Shown here: piece after piece, positions 26,205 through 39,560 of the stretch | Position numbering within the stretch: the first letter of the stretch is position 1 | Layout: the number at the start of each line of letters is the position of its first letter | From: Octopus sinensis | Lineage: Eukaryota | Reading direction: 5' to 3' | NCBI RefSeq assembly: GCF_006345805.1 | Contig: NC_043011.1 | Location: 28,408,464-28,472,463 of the forward strand | DNA length: 64,000 nt | Translations under genes and position numbers: made by a program | Notes under the pieces: generated by a model | What the model was told of the DNA's origin: nothing | The model's input: the letters and a program-made list of their open reading frames with translations, nothing else | The model's database searches: none

Positions 26205-27170
26205 TCAGCTGGCCAGACTGTTCCAACGTACATTCGATCCGAGGACCCTGGATAATTTTCAGAAGTCCTTGGCATGGCAGTGTTACTGAGGTGCCTTACC
26301 TGTTCGGGATAAACTCTCAATGCATGGTGGCCACGACACCCTGATCTGTCCAAGATGTGGGCGAGAGAGGTAAACCGTCTCGCACGCGATTGTGCAGTGT
26401 CCCGAGGTGTCAGACATGTGGGTTTGTCGACTGAATCTATAGTGAAAATTGACCCGCCGGATTTCTTAACGAAAGAAGGTAAGAATTGTTTACTCTCTGT
26501 GGTAGCAGTCGCGAAACAGGTAGTATGGAAGACAAGGATGAGAGGGTTGATGTCAGGCAACTTCATTTCTGGTCCTGGTTTAGTGGAATTTTTTATGTTC
26601 CACCTAAAAAGACAAATAGGGCTTGAAAGGAGGGGCCTAAGTAAGAAAGTGTTTGATGAAAGATGGAAGAATGTCGTGGATGCGAGATAAGCCCAAAGTT
26701 ATCTGAAAAGTAATTGTTAATGAAAAAAAAAATTCTAAACGATGAACTTTTATCTTAGCTTATATATTATATATTACTTATTTATATGCTTCCTATATAT
26801 ATGTATTTTTATATATCTATATATTTATATATTACTTTATATTTTTACGTATTTATTATTCTAGGTGTTGTAATGTTTTTTAAAAAAATATGTATTTCTT
26901 AATCGCTAAAGTATTAACTTTTAACCGTGATGAACTGTATTCACACATTTTTCTCGCATTTTCTTATATGCTTGTACTGATGAGTTATGTTTCATCTTCC
27001 GTGATGTTATACATGTATATTCTATGATTAAATGTTCGAGATATGAAATGTTACGTGGATGACCTTGTATTTGTTTGTTCTGCAACCATAGTTTAATATA
27101 TTTGTCTCATTTAATTGAGCACTTCCATAGCAGTCCTATTAAACATTTTGTTCCTGATAAGAAACAATCA
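26205..27170 (+). mobile_element. Tx1/L1-clade LINE 3' end (zf-RVT region plus AT-rich 3' UTR)
   Basis: SLAWQCY*GALPVRDKL...CPRCGRE..TVSHAIVQCP then LSTESIVKIDPP...AKQVVWKTR. Confidence 0.82.
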
Positions 27171-27339
27171 CTGTATTATTGATATATATATATATATATA
27201 ATTTATAGTTATATATATATAATTTATATATATATGTGTATATATATATATATATGTATATATTTATATATGTGTGTGTGTGTGTGCGTGTGTATGTGTG
27301 TGGACTTCTTACATCCTAGAATTGGCAGTCAAAGCCTAA

Positions 27340-27415
27340 AAGTCAAAGCCTAAGAGCTTCATTAGCTTAATACTCCTAACTTAATCCCGAGGAGCAAAAC
27401 CGGGCTATACTGCTA

Positions 27416-27416
<1 letters not shown>
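27340..27416 (+). mobile_element. Helitron 3' terminus
   Basis: Hairpin CCCG...CGGG (27386-27404) followed by CTAG (27413-27416) then T. Confidence 0.7.
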
Positions 27417-27476
<60 letters not shown>

Positions 27477-27477
<1 letters not shown>

Positions 27478-27860
27478 TAGCAGTATAGCGCGGTTTTGCT
27501 GGGGATTAGGTTAGGATTATTAAGCTAATGAGGCTCTCTATTTCAAACCAAACTAAGTAACATCGACGTCAAATTTGAACGAAATCCGTTGAAACTGGTA
27601 ACCTTTTGGCTGAAAATGAGTTGCAGACAATTTGATTGGGAAATCCCATAAGGAATCGGTTTGTTGATTTTTTTTCACTCATCGATTGTTTTTTTCTTTT
27701 TTTTTTTCGTTTTGGAGAACTTACGGAATACGATTTCCAGGCCGGATTGCAAAAGTGACAGGAACGCAGGGATAGGTGTATTGTTGCGGAAGGAGATGAT
27801 GTATTGATGTGGAAGGACATGATGCTAAAACTTAGGTAAAAAGTTATTTTCATTAAACAT
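27477..27860 (-). mobile_element. Non-autonomous Helitron-like element, 3' end at 27477
   Basis: CTAG end homologous to 27353-27416; internal caacggatttcgttcaaatttg motif. Confidence 0.6.
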
Positions 27861-28369
27861 AACTAGTCCAAGAACCTTTTGATACCACCTCGTATATACG
27901 ATGGGCTTTCAGTTTCCGTCAAACAAATCCACTTACAAGGTTTTGACCGGCCCCAAGTTATAGAAGAAGTCAATTGGTCAAGGGGGCATGTGGTTGGGAA
28001 GCAAACTTCTTATCACACATCCACGCCTCCGCCTTGTGTACCACAAATAAATATTTATTCTGTGAAGTCATCTTCTGGACGCAAACATTATTTAGTTTTA
28101 TTGATATGTATTATTGATCAAATCTTTCCATAGTCGATTTTACCTTTAATTTATGAATCGTCTTCAGAAGCTTGATATACTGGTCATATTCTTCTCTCCG
28201 TAATTACTGGTCATTGTACCTATGTTAAGTAGCAGTTCAATTGATTATAGTCGCAAATAATGTTTTTGAAATTTTAAATAGAATAAGTGAAGGATGAATA
28301 CGATAATTGATAAACAGTATATAAGATAAATCAAAACTATACATTCCCCAATCAGAAAAGCTAACAAAT

Positions 28370-28570
28370 ATCGATTTTGGTTTTTGGCACAAGTGCAGCA
28401 ATTTCAGGGGAGGGTGCAAGTCGATTGCATCGACCCCAGAACTTAACTGATACTTGTTTTATCAACTCCGAAAGGATGGAAGGCAAAGTCGACCTCAGCG
28501 AAATTTGAACTCAGAAGGTAAAGACGGATGAAATGTCGCTAAGCATTTCGTCCGGCGTACTAACGATATT
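28370..28570 (-). mobile_element. SINE family 1
   Basis: Core and head. Confidence 0.85.
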
Positions 28571-28829
28571 CGTTCAACCCGTCTCCTTAAAGACAAAGAA
28601 CTATTAAAACTAAATTTTAAAAAACGAAACAAGGCTGCTTGAATGGAAACATAAGGAGAATAAATGCCCTAATAAGCAAGCCTCGTCGATGTCGCTTCAC
28701 ATATTAAAAATAACAGCCCAATTCATTCAAATAAGCGCCTCCAAAATCTGTAGTCATAGGCTACTATCCATGCACAGAAATTTGTATTTCGATTGACTGA
28801 TAAAGTACAGGCGCATTTTTCCTTTCAAG

Positions 28830-28986
28830 AGTTGGCTAGCCGTCGGCTTCTCAGTGAAAAAGATTTTACCGCTATTTATCTTACTTTTACTCTTACGGAT
28901 GCTCTTACTTTTACTCATAAAAGGAGCAGCCACAGCCGATTCAAACGACCATCAGCCACTTATTCTAGCTTCCATATCAGTTTCAG
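28830..28986 (+). CDS. Candidate exon encoding a hydrophobic signal- or TM-like stretch (SWLAVGFSVKKILPLFILLLLLRMLLLLLIKGAATADSNDHQPLILASISVS)
   Basis: Acceptor tttttcctttcaag|A, donor CAG|gtaaat, phase-compatible with 32692 and 33862. Confidence 0.35.
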
Positions 28987-29044
28987 GTAAATCTATGTAC
29001 TGGCTATATCTACAACCTACCGTCTTCAAAAGAAGGCTCTTCCG

Positions 29045-29262
29045 ATAATACTGGTTTCATATTTTGCCACAAGGTCAGCAATTTCGGGAAAATGGGTATG
29101 TCGCTTACATCGACCCCAGCGTTCAACTGGTATGTATTTCATCTACCCTGAGGGAAGGAAAGGTCAAGTCGATCTCTGCGAAATTAGAAATCAGGGCGTA
29201 AAGACGGACGAAATGCCGCTAAGCATTTAGCCCGGCGTGCAAACGATTCTGCCAACTCGACA
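29045..29262 (-). mobile_element. SINE family 1
   Basis: Core and head. Confidence 0.8.
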
Positions 29263-29461
29263 CACTATACACTTTCGGTAATATTATCTGAAATTAACAA
29301 CGTCTGAAACAAAATTTATCTGAAATTGTCAGGAATAGAATGGTCGTTTATCTTAGACCTACTCATTCAAGATTGATCTGTGTCTAAATAACACCAATAC
29401 GGATGGAATACTAGATTTTACAAGAGATATATTGCGTGAGTTGGATTTATATCTTTTTTAT

Positions 29462-29686
29462 GTTTAACTCTTTTCAGTCATTGGACTGCAGCCATGTTGG
29501 GGATACCGCTTTGAAAGGATTATTGAAAGAAACCGACCCAGTAAAGACGGGTACTTAGTCTATCGTGTTATTTTGCTAAACCGCTAAGTTACGAGGAAGT
29601 AAAGAATTTAACACCACTGTCAAACATTGGTCGGTGACAAACACGAAGTTACACACGCACACACACACACAAACATACACACACAT

Positions 29687-29783
<97 letters not shown>

Positions 29784-29915
29784 ATATGAGACGAGTTCTT
29801 ACAGTTTACGTTCACCAAATACACTCACAAAGCTTGCTCAAGGTGCCATGCCGTGAGACCGAACTCGAAACTATGTGATTAGAAAACAAACTTCTTCCCA
29901 CACGCCCATACATGA
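29462..29915 (-). mobile_element. SINE family 2, diverged, expanded internal microsatellite
   Basis: ttttcagtcattggactgcagccatg...gcttgctcaaggtgccatg. Confidence 0.75.
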
Positions 29916-30237
29916 TGGTTTCTGTGCATCTTTGCCAATCCTTTTCTTACCAGAATATACATTTTATCATTAACGATGACAGACTCCGTCTTGATTCTAT
30001 TAATTTAAAATCAGTTTCGAAATGAATTCTTTTATAGAATTTCCAATGTAGTTATAAAATGTCAACATTGCTTTCGTGTTTGTCTCAACTTGCAAAGTTT
30101 AACCAGTGCTTTCACCCCTTACCTATTACCGTAGAGAAATTCCTAAAATGTAAATAAAAGATAGAAAACAATCAATTTTACTTATCTTTATTCTGCTTTG
30201 TATTACGTCTTGTTATCGAGTTTATTTCAATAAATAT

Positions 30238-30282
<45 letters not shown>

Positions 30283-30765
30283 TGCTGGCCGTTCTCTTAT
30301 GTAGAATGCCAGAAAGACCTAAGAATGTCAAAAAGATATAATTTTAGCATATTTCTTATAGCCGAAGAGCGGTATTATGTCGTCGTGAAATACTTGCCAA
30401 GTGAATATCCTTTTTGAATCAGTCCTAGTAATGATAAATTATTAATTTTCCTTCAAGGCGGCCGTTAAACTATAAGAACTGAGCTGTTTTATATTCTATT
30501 AGAATATTAAAACAATATCGGGAAAATTTGATAACATCTAAGTTGAAGGATATTAGATGTCACTTTTATGTTATATAGTAATTCATATACTTTGTATATC
30601 TAGGTTATTTGTATGCATGCCCCTGGCCATTATGAATCACTTCTCTTAGACTATTGTCATAGAATTTATTCATCGTATATATGCAATTATATATATATAT
30701 ATTTTCAGGATTAAATATAAAGACAGCACGTACATACACATATAGACATATAGACATATATATAT

Positions 30766-30803
<38 letters not shown>

Positions 30804-30812
<9 letters not shown>

Positions 30813-31533
30813 TCACAATAAGGGTGAAAAAATTGAATATAAATAATAACATCAATTTAAAATACCAAGTGGCCTAGCGTAAAGAAAACTGGGACACAGT
30901 AAAAATTAGTAATACAAGTAATAAGAAAGAGACCACATGTGGTCACTCTAACGCTAGAAATAGATCTGCAAAGGGAATCCACCACTAAAGAATTGTTCTC
31001 AAGCATTAATCCAACACGCCAAGAATGTAAGCGGGCAGGACAAATGAAAAATAACGAAAAAATAGATTAACTCTATGCAATTGTTTCATCGTTAATAGAT
31101 TGTGTAATTTTACTTACACAATCATTTTTCGAATCCTCAGTAGAGTATATCAAAAATATAATTTGCTGAACCGAACGCCAAAATCCATACGAAGCCGAGC
31201 AAAGGCGAACGGCACAGCCGATTATATTTGCAGTTACGTTCAAATATCCTCATTCTTGGCGCGTTGAAATACAGGATGTAAATACTACCCCAGTAATTTA
31301 CTGCCGGTTTGAGAACATATTAATTTATAATTAAAATCACAATAAGGGTGAAAAAATTGAATATTAATTAATAACATCAATTTAAAACATCAAGTGGCCT
31401 AGCGTAAAAAAACTGGGACACAGTAAAAATTATTAATACAAGTAATATGAGAGAGACCACATGTGGTCACTCTAACGCTAGAAATAGATCCGCAAAGGGA
31501 ATCCACTACTAAAGAATTGTTCTCAAGCATTAA

Positions 31534-31534
<1 letters not shown>
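30804..31534. repeat. About 207-bp direct repeats (30804-31010, 31328-31534) flanking a unique spacer; possible Penelope-like pLTR pair
   Basis: Direct reading; whole unit bounded by (TA)n. Confidence 0.75.
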
Positions 31535-31582
<48 letters not shown>

Positions 31583-31599
31583 CATATATATATATATAT

Positions 31600-31922
31600 A
31601 ATCAATAACAATAAAGGGTTAAATTAATTAATTAGTAATTAATAATTTTACCAAGTAGTTCGGTATGTTAAAAGAACCATTATCGGTAAACTTAAACAAT
31701 TTTTTTTATAATTATGAGTATAATTATAATTAGAGTTCAGCAAAAGATTTGCTTCACCACATACCGAAATTTAGAAATAGCAGTTAAAACTAGCTATTTC
31801 TCTACCATAAGAAAATCTCATGGTAGATAAATAGCTAGTTTTAACTGCTATTTCTAAATTTCGGTATGTGGTGAAGCAAATCTTTTGCTGAACCCTAATT
31901 ATAATTATACTCATAATTATAA
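31600..31922. repeat. Repeat family D with a 217-bp near-perfect palindrome (31706-31922)
   Basis: Arms pair without indels; partial single-arm copy at 38851-38930. Confidence 0.85.
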
Positions 31923-31983
<61 letters not shown>

Positions 31984-32025
31984 TGTGTGTGTGTGTCTGT
32001 GTGTGTCTGTGTGTGTGTATGTGTA

Positions 32026-32087
<62 letters not shown>

Positions 32088-32691
32088 ATATATAAATATT
32101 TATGTGTGTGTGTCATATGTGTATAGAAATACACGCACACATACATACATAGATGCACAAACACTGATATAGGAGGATGGATGGGTAGATGGATGTACGC
32201 ATGCCTACGTGTATGTTTATCGTTTTCACATCCAAATAATTTCCCGCATTCTATAGTGTTTTTGGCAAATTTGTGTAACCCTGAGCTCATTCTTATGAGC
32301 GTAGGTTTAGAAAGGATACTTGATTTAATTTACACAGAGAGCTTAGCCGACTTTCTTTGTAAATGTTATCGTGTTACTCATGAAGAGTAGATTATTTATC
32401 GTTTGTCCTTAGCGACTATAACACATGCCGGTTTCGTTGAATATGTTTATTAATCGGGTTGGTGCTAGGAAGAAAGACTATTATGTCTAATGAGTTCACT
32501 AACCTTGAGAGTATCCTCGTTTGATTTACTTTGATATTGAGACTTACTGTATTGTTATCGCTTGGCTTATATAATTCATTAATGTTGAAGCTACTTGTTC
32601 GTGTAACGTACCTCAAATATCCATGCATGCAGATTACTTATCACGTGCTTTTTTTGTGTAGTTAATCTAAGATTTGATTTGTTGTTTTTAG

Positions 32692-32718
32692 AGCCCTCTA
32701 TGATAACTCGACTCACCA
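32692..32718 (+). CDS. Candidate 27-nt exon (PSMITRLT)
   Basis: Acceptor gttgtttttag|A, donor CCA|gtaagt. Confidence 0.35.
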
Positions 32719-33861
32719 GTAAGTAGCTGGTCTTTACCGCCATGCATATCCGTCCCCGTACGCAATCTGCTGGGTTATTTCAAGGTCAATAAGAATAACC
32801 AAAACTTTTGCCCCGAGTAAAATATGGAAACTGCATGGGAAGTTACATAGGAACAAACAGCTTTGTTTGTGTGTGTGTGTGTGTGTGGGAAGCAGTGAGC
32901 TAGCAGAGTCCATAGCACAGCAGTCAAAGTTCTTAGTGATATTTCCTCTGTATTTAAGCTATGTGTTCAAATCCCGCCTGGGTCGACTTTATCTTTCATG
33001 GATCAGGGTATTTTTTATTATTATGTCGAAATATTGTTCATTTGATAACAATCACACTCTTCTTCTTCTTTTTCATCGTCGTCGTCGTTGTCGTTGTTGT
33101 TGTTGTTGTTGTTGTTTGCTGTTGTTTGCTGTGTACTGTTTTAGTTACATCATGAGGCATTTGCAACTAAGATCGAACAATATTTTGATCATCACATGAT
33201 TAATTTCAAATAACTTATACATTCGACATTTTTGGTTGCTTCTTCTATACGCATGTTGTTCAGAATCTTCGTTCTATACGTATTTTTTTAAAAACCAGAA
33301 TGGAAGGAAATGCCCATTGCTGTTTTAGGGAGTTGGATATTAATGAGAGGGAAGTTACCTTCAGACCATATCAGAAATTTATAAAAACCTTGTCCAAATG
33401 TCTGCAGTAGAGTGGAATTACCTAAAGGATACAAAATATACCGGGTGATGGTGATAAATTGGAAGACCCATATCTTTAGTTTTCGGAGTATGAAATATTA
33501 AACGCCGAAATATAACGTGACATCGTGTTCATTTACCAAAACTTAGCAACATTTCAAGTCGATGTTAGCGTTATTCTCATGATTCCCGGAAATATACCCT
33601 TCGTATAAACTTTTATTTTACATAAAGTGTTCCTCTTTCAAATATTGAGATAAATCGTTGAATAGTCAAACAGTCCCTCAGTAGCATATCGTATATGAAG
33701 TGTTTCTGTTCCGATTAATCGATGAGTTCGATTTATCAAATTATTATAGAGTAGGATAACTTGAATGTCTTTACAGTAGTTTAGTCTGTGGTGGTATGAT
33801 ATTACTCTCTTCATGTTCGAGTACTCGGTTGATGCATTGTTTTTAATGTTGTTTTTTGCAG

Positions 33862-33959
33862 ACGATGTCTCGCAAATGATATACGACATACAAAGCCTTT
33901 CTGAATTGGTTTCAATGCCAAACTCAGGATATCCTTGGAAGCGTCAAACTGACGTTTGA
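33862..33959 (+). CDS. Candidate terminal coding exon (DVSQMIYDIQSLSELVSMPNSGYPWKRQTDV*)
   Basis: Strong acceptor tgttgttttttgcag|A; phase-1 open frame to TGA. Confidence 0.4.
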
Positions 33960-35645
33960 ATTTCAGAGATTTTAATATAAGTAGAATGAGTTTTCTCTAC
34001 AATTGAATGATATATCCCAAATGTCGGTACCAGTATTGTTAATATAAATTTATAGTGTGGAACTGTATTTTATTAGGAAGAATACTTTCATCGGCCATAG
34101 TTTTTAGTATGATATTCTTCGAATATTGCATCCTTGCTCGCAATACCTTTGTATGACACATTTTTATTAATAACGAAATATTTGAAGCAATTATTGTAAC
34201 TGAACAAATACAAATAGAAAAACAGAGAAAATAACTGAGAAATAGAGAGAGATGGAGAGAAAGAGAAAGAGTGAAACTACATTCTTTCGTATAGGGTGTT
34301 GACATGTTCGAGATTTCTTATCTATATGGTTATTTGGCATCGTGTAATTTCAATTCCACGTGCATTAAATGAGGCTCCTATCTATTATTTCACAATGATA
34401 GCAGCTGTATACAAACAGACGTACATTGTCCAACACTTGTTATCGCATATTTTCATAGAATCTCCAGCGGTATGATAATAGTATTTACCATGAAAGTAGC
34501 TTCTGTCTTTCTTCCACCTACTCTCATCAAAAGTATCTGTAATCCAAAGATAACTTCAAGAATTTGAAAAGATTCACCTCAAACTGCAGTTTTAAATTGA
34601 TTTCAAGTCAAGCTGTTTATATTCATTTTTATTGAATTGGTTTTATACGAAGATACATGAATGTTTATCAAAATGTGGTGATGGTGGTGGTGGTGGCGGT
34701 GGTGGTGATGGAGGTGGTTGTGGAGGTAGCAAGAATATGGTTACGCTCATATTTTTATCATATTTCGCAATAACAGCTTTTTTATAGCTTTAAATGTGTA
34801 TTTAAATCGACAAAAGCTACAAGAATTGGTATTATAATGAACTTCTGAGTAGCTAATTTTGAGACAACATAACAGTCTGTCGTTAGTAAACGCTCAGATA
34901 GTTTTGGATAGGGTGGATATCGTCATTCGAGTACATAATAAGGATTATAGAAAGATTTCCTAGCAGTTATCAAAGACGTTGGTCAACTGAAATATCTAAG
35001 TGGATTGAATAAATTGGACTCGAGAATGACCGTTCCCTTAGATCCAATCGAATTTTCACGGGTTCAACTGTATAATTAGATGAAAGCTATATGGAAGCCC
35101 ATTGTATGTATATGTATGTGTGTATTTATGTATACACACATATGTATGATTTTTTTCATAAATTGTAAATTTTATTAATAATATTAGGATAGTAACATTG
35201 TACATTCATTAGACCGTCAGATAAGAGCATGGTTTGTTCTGAGTTCAAAACCCCACATTCACCCTTTCGGGATCGATAAAATAAAATACTAGTAAAATTC
35301 TGGATTGCCGGTTTCAACTGCTGTCAGTTCTTCAATCTGCGAAAATCATAAAACATGTAGTAACTGCAAATCTGTCTTTTAGTTGAGATTCTTCCCTTTT
35401 CGAGTTGGTCTGAACTGACCAACGATGGTTGTTTTACCTTCTCTAGAATAAAATAATTTCAATAGATTGACATTTCTTCCATCATTGTTCAAACACCTTT
35501 ATTCATCTGTGTTATTCAAATACATACCATTTTCAAATATATGTATATACGTTTAGCTGAGTCAGTGGTAAACAAAAGAACCGGAACAAAACAGTGAAAA
35601 CTTACATTTTGCGAGAGCAGGAAACGAGAGTTATTTTCTATGCAG

Positions 35646-35734
35646 TGGTGTTAGTTGTAGTTGAATCGTGTCGATCCACTGCACCCCAAGTGCCATTAAT
35701 ATTGCAAAGAGCAATAGCTGGTGCGAAACTGACG
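35646..35734 (+). CDS. Candidate internal exon (VLVVVESCRSTAPQVPLILQRAIAGAKLT)
   Basis: Acceptor ttattttctatgcag|T, donor ACG|gtaaca, only one open frame. Confidence 0.4.
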
Positions 35735-35920
35735 GTAACATTCTGACCACTTATGTACGATAACCAAATGTCATGGTTAACTGTATGTTTTATAGCATCG
35801 TGTTAATTTTTCTTTTTTACACGAGGAAACATCACGATCTCTGCTCATCATGTAAACATTCCAAATGTCACATTTTCCCTTTATATCAATGTATCGGAAA
35901 TGCCCCAGCCCCTATTCTGA

Positions 35921-36334
35921 TTACTCTTTACTCTTTACTCTTTTACTTGTTTCAGTCATTGACTGCGGCCATGCTGGAGCACCGCCTTTAGTCGAGCAAA
36001 TTGACCCCGGGATTTATTCTTTGTAAGCCCAGTACTTATTCTATCGGCCTCTTTTGCCGAACCGCTAAGTAACGGGGACGTAAACACACCAGCATCGGTT
36101 GTCAAGCAATGCTAGGGGACAAACACAGACACACAAACACACACACACACATATATATATACACATATATACGACAGGCTTCTTTCAGTTTCCATCTACC
36201 AAATCCATTCACAAGGCATTGGTCGGCCCGGGGCTATAGCAGAAGACACTTGCCCAAGATGCTACGCAGTGGGACTGAACCCGGAACCATGTGGTTGGTT
36301 AGCAAGCTACTTACCACACAGCCACTGCTGCGCC
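35921..36334 (-). mobile_element. SINE family 2, full length
   Basis: Head to (ttactct)n tail. Confidence 0.95.
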
Positions 36335-36799
36335 ATAGATAAGAAAAATATGTCTATTTAGAAATATAAATCAAAATAAAATACTTTATGAAAACATAGT
36401 AGTATGAGCAAACAATTTATTCGACTCAACTAAAAATAAGAAGAAACAGGAAAAATAATAGCGGTTAATCAAAAGCTGGTGTAACCGAAATTCTAAATGT
36501 TGTGTGTTTTCGACTACTTGCAGAAGTCAACCTAAGGCTGACCAATGCTATATTATCTTTTTGTTATAACTTATAAAGGATTATGAAAACAAAAAAAAAG
36601 TGATATCAGATACACAAATGAACGCTGGACTAATGCAGAACAAGTAGACCAGAACACTTGATAAATAAATGACGTACGAATCGAACGATAGGACAGGGGT
36701 GGAACGGCTCGAACGGTTCAAATTCTTTGAGTACCGCAAACGACGAATAATTCACCTTCCCACAACACAACAAAGCTTGCACAAGCATCTTTTTCATTT

Positions 36800-37425
36800 T
36801 GTTTTTAAATCTTCACATCTAATTCCTTTCTACTATAGGTACAAGACCTGAAATTTTAGAGGAGAGTGTTAGTCGAGATGATTGACTCCAGTGCACAACT
36901 GGTACTTAATCTATCGACTCCAAAAGGATGAAAGGCAAAGTCGACCGCGGCGGAATTTGAACTCCGAACGGAGCGACGGGCGATATACTGCTAAGCATTT
37001 CGTCAAGCGTGCTAACGATTCTGCCAGCTCACCGCCTCCTTCATCACATCTAATTCGTTTCTACTATAGGCATAAGGCCCGAAATTTGGTGGGAGGGGGT
37101 CAGTCGATTACATCGACCCTAGTACGTAACTGGTACTTAGTTTATCGACACCGAAAGGAAGAAAGGCAAAGTCGACCTCGGCGGAATTTGAACTCAGAAT
37201 GTAGCGGCAGACGAAATACCTATTTCTTTACTACCCACAAAGGGCTAAACACAGAGAGGACAAACAAGGACAGACACACGGATTAAGTCGCTTATATCGA
37301 CCATAATGCGTAAATGGTACTTATTTAATCGACCCCCAAAGGATGAAAGGCATAGTCGACCTCGGCGGAATTTGAACTCAGAATGTAACGGCAGACGAAG
37401 TACGACTACGCATTTCGCCCCGCCG
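36800..37425 (-). mobile_element. Tandem SINE family 1 copies (single plus dimer)
   Basis: Three cores in the same orientation. Confidence 0.9.
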
Positions 37426-38137
37426 CCATCTTCACCATATCTAATTGCCAACGTAACGTATTGCTAGGAAACCAATTTCTATCATGTATTACTACGAAGC
37501 AGTTTATGGAGCAATTGAAATTTTCATCATTTACTATTGCTGTATAAATTATTGAATACTTGAATTTTCTATAAAAATTGAAATTGAAATTTGAAATTAG
37601 GGAAACAAGGAATTTCACTATGAAACCTAGTGAATGTTTAATATTTCAAACTGTCTAACACTCACGGAATTTTATTCTATTTTGTGTATTCATTTTTAAC
37701 TTTTACGTCGTTTCTTATTTTGTAACTACCATTAAAAAAATTTTTTAAACTATTGTTGAAATTGGTGTGATATTTTAATAAATGTTAAAAATATTATTTT
37801 TTTAATTACTAGTCGTTTTAAAAACCATGTGTATTTCCAGCTACAAAGCCAATTTCCTATTGTCTTATTTGTGTGGAAGTAACATTCTTTTTTTCTTCTA
37901 GATACATACATACATTTCGTTGAAGCAGTGCGTGACTAGTAAATTGGTGTAGAACTCAATATACGTACGTTTCAGAAGAAAGTGTAAATTGCACTTCCTT
38001 ATTCAAAGCTTCGATCAAGCTGCAGAGTGTTTTTCAGGCACTCAACTATCAGTCCACTGCATCTTATAGTAGAAACAGCTGTAAGCTAATTTAGTGCAAA
38101 AGATAACCATCATTTTACCTGCGTCAACACTTTTCTG

Positions 38138-38218
<81 letters not shown>

Positions 38219-38376
38219 GAGATGTGTGTATTTTCCCTTGTTAACAATTAACACGGAAAAATAGATAATAGTTGCCAGGGTACCAAAAGATCACACAAGT
38301 AATTATGGAATAATATCAGCGATATCTTCGAAACATGTGTCGGAAGTAAAAGAATTTGAATAACACTTGCGTTAAA

Positions 38377-38431
<55 letters not shown>

Positions 38432-39134
38432 ATATATATTTATCATTGTTATTATTATTAATGTTATTATTATTATTATTATTATTTATTAATTAATTAA
38501 TTTTACCCTTTATTATTATTGATAATATAATAATTCTCTCCCTGATAGTAAACTCCAGTTTCTGCGGAACTTTACTCGTTGGCACACGTGGGCGAATGAA
38601 GAGGAATGCGATATCTCATTCGTCTGTTTGAATTCGGAAGTACTGGTCTTTGGAGATATGCTGTTTGATGTCACTTGATCAAATACGTATGTTAATTATC
38701 AGTGCTCTCAATTTAAAAATTTGAATTACTGTACTGATAAGGAGAGTGAGTGGGTAGAAATATGATTTTACATTTTTCACATCTCTCTAACTCCGAAATG
38801 CGTTGAGTATTGCTGTCTGGGAGATACCTTATAGTAGTAGAATAGTATTTTTTTAACTACTATTTCTAAATTTCGGTATGTAGTGAAGCAAATTTTGCTG
38901 AAATCTAATTATAATTATACTCATAATTATAGATTTTTTGTATATATAATATATATATATCATATTGATTTGACTGGGATCTCAAGTTTTATTCTTAATG
39001 ACTTATCCAACAAGATGCTTTAACGATCAAGGGTATAAAAGCTGAGGTTCAGATATCGTCACGAAATCCACTTTATCTATTGAGTTATACCATCAGTAAA
39101 ATATATTTATTGTTTTCCAAAATGTTGCTTTGGA

Positions 39135-39266
39135 AAGCAGGAGTGGCCGTGTGGTAAAAAGCTTGTCTTCCAACCACATGGTTTCGGGTTCAGTCCCACT
39201 GCGTGGCACATTGTGAGTAGATTTGGTAGGTGGAAACAAACTAAAAGAAGCCCGTCGTATATATGT

Positions 39267-39334
<68 letters not shown>

Positions 39335-39560
39335 GTGTGTGCCTTTGTGTCTCTATTTGTCCTCACCCCATTACCACTTGAAACCTGTGTTGGTGTGTTT
39401 ACTTCCCCGTAAGCTAGCGGTTCGGCAAAGGCACAAGATAGAACAAATTCCAAGCTTTAAAAAAATAGAATAGGTAATGGGGTCGATTCATTCAACTAAA
39501 AATTCCAGCTCGGTGACCCAGCATAGCCGCAGTTTAATCACTGAAACAAGTAAAAGATAA
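39135..39560 (+). mobile_element. SINE family 2
   Basis: Head gcaggagtggccgtgtggtaa to actgaaacaagtaaaag tail; followed by a minus-strand SINE1 at about 39560-39750. Confidence 0.85.

Noticed and set aside
31640-31690. Hammerhead-like CCGATAA-T-GGT...ACC-GAAC on the minus strand of family D
   Set aside because: Three core deviations and helix I does not pair; too degenerate to call
33367-33392. Two 11-mers shared with the 13003 candidate exon (CCATATCAGAA, TTATAAAAACC)
   Set aside because: Different spacing and stops in all frames; plausibly chance in AT-rich DNA
34459-34469. 11-nt micro-exon AATCTCCAGCG
   Set aside because: Splice signals alone; no phase-consistent context
36800-37425. 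Repeated core with variable spacers resembling a CRISPR array
   Set aside because: Tandem SINE copies in eukaryotic DNA; unit length wrong and no cas genes
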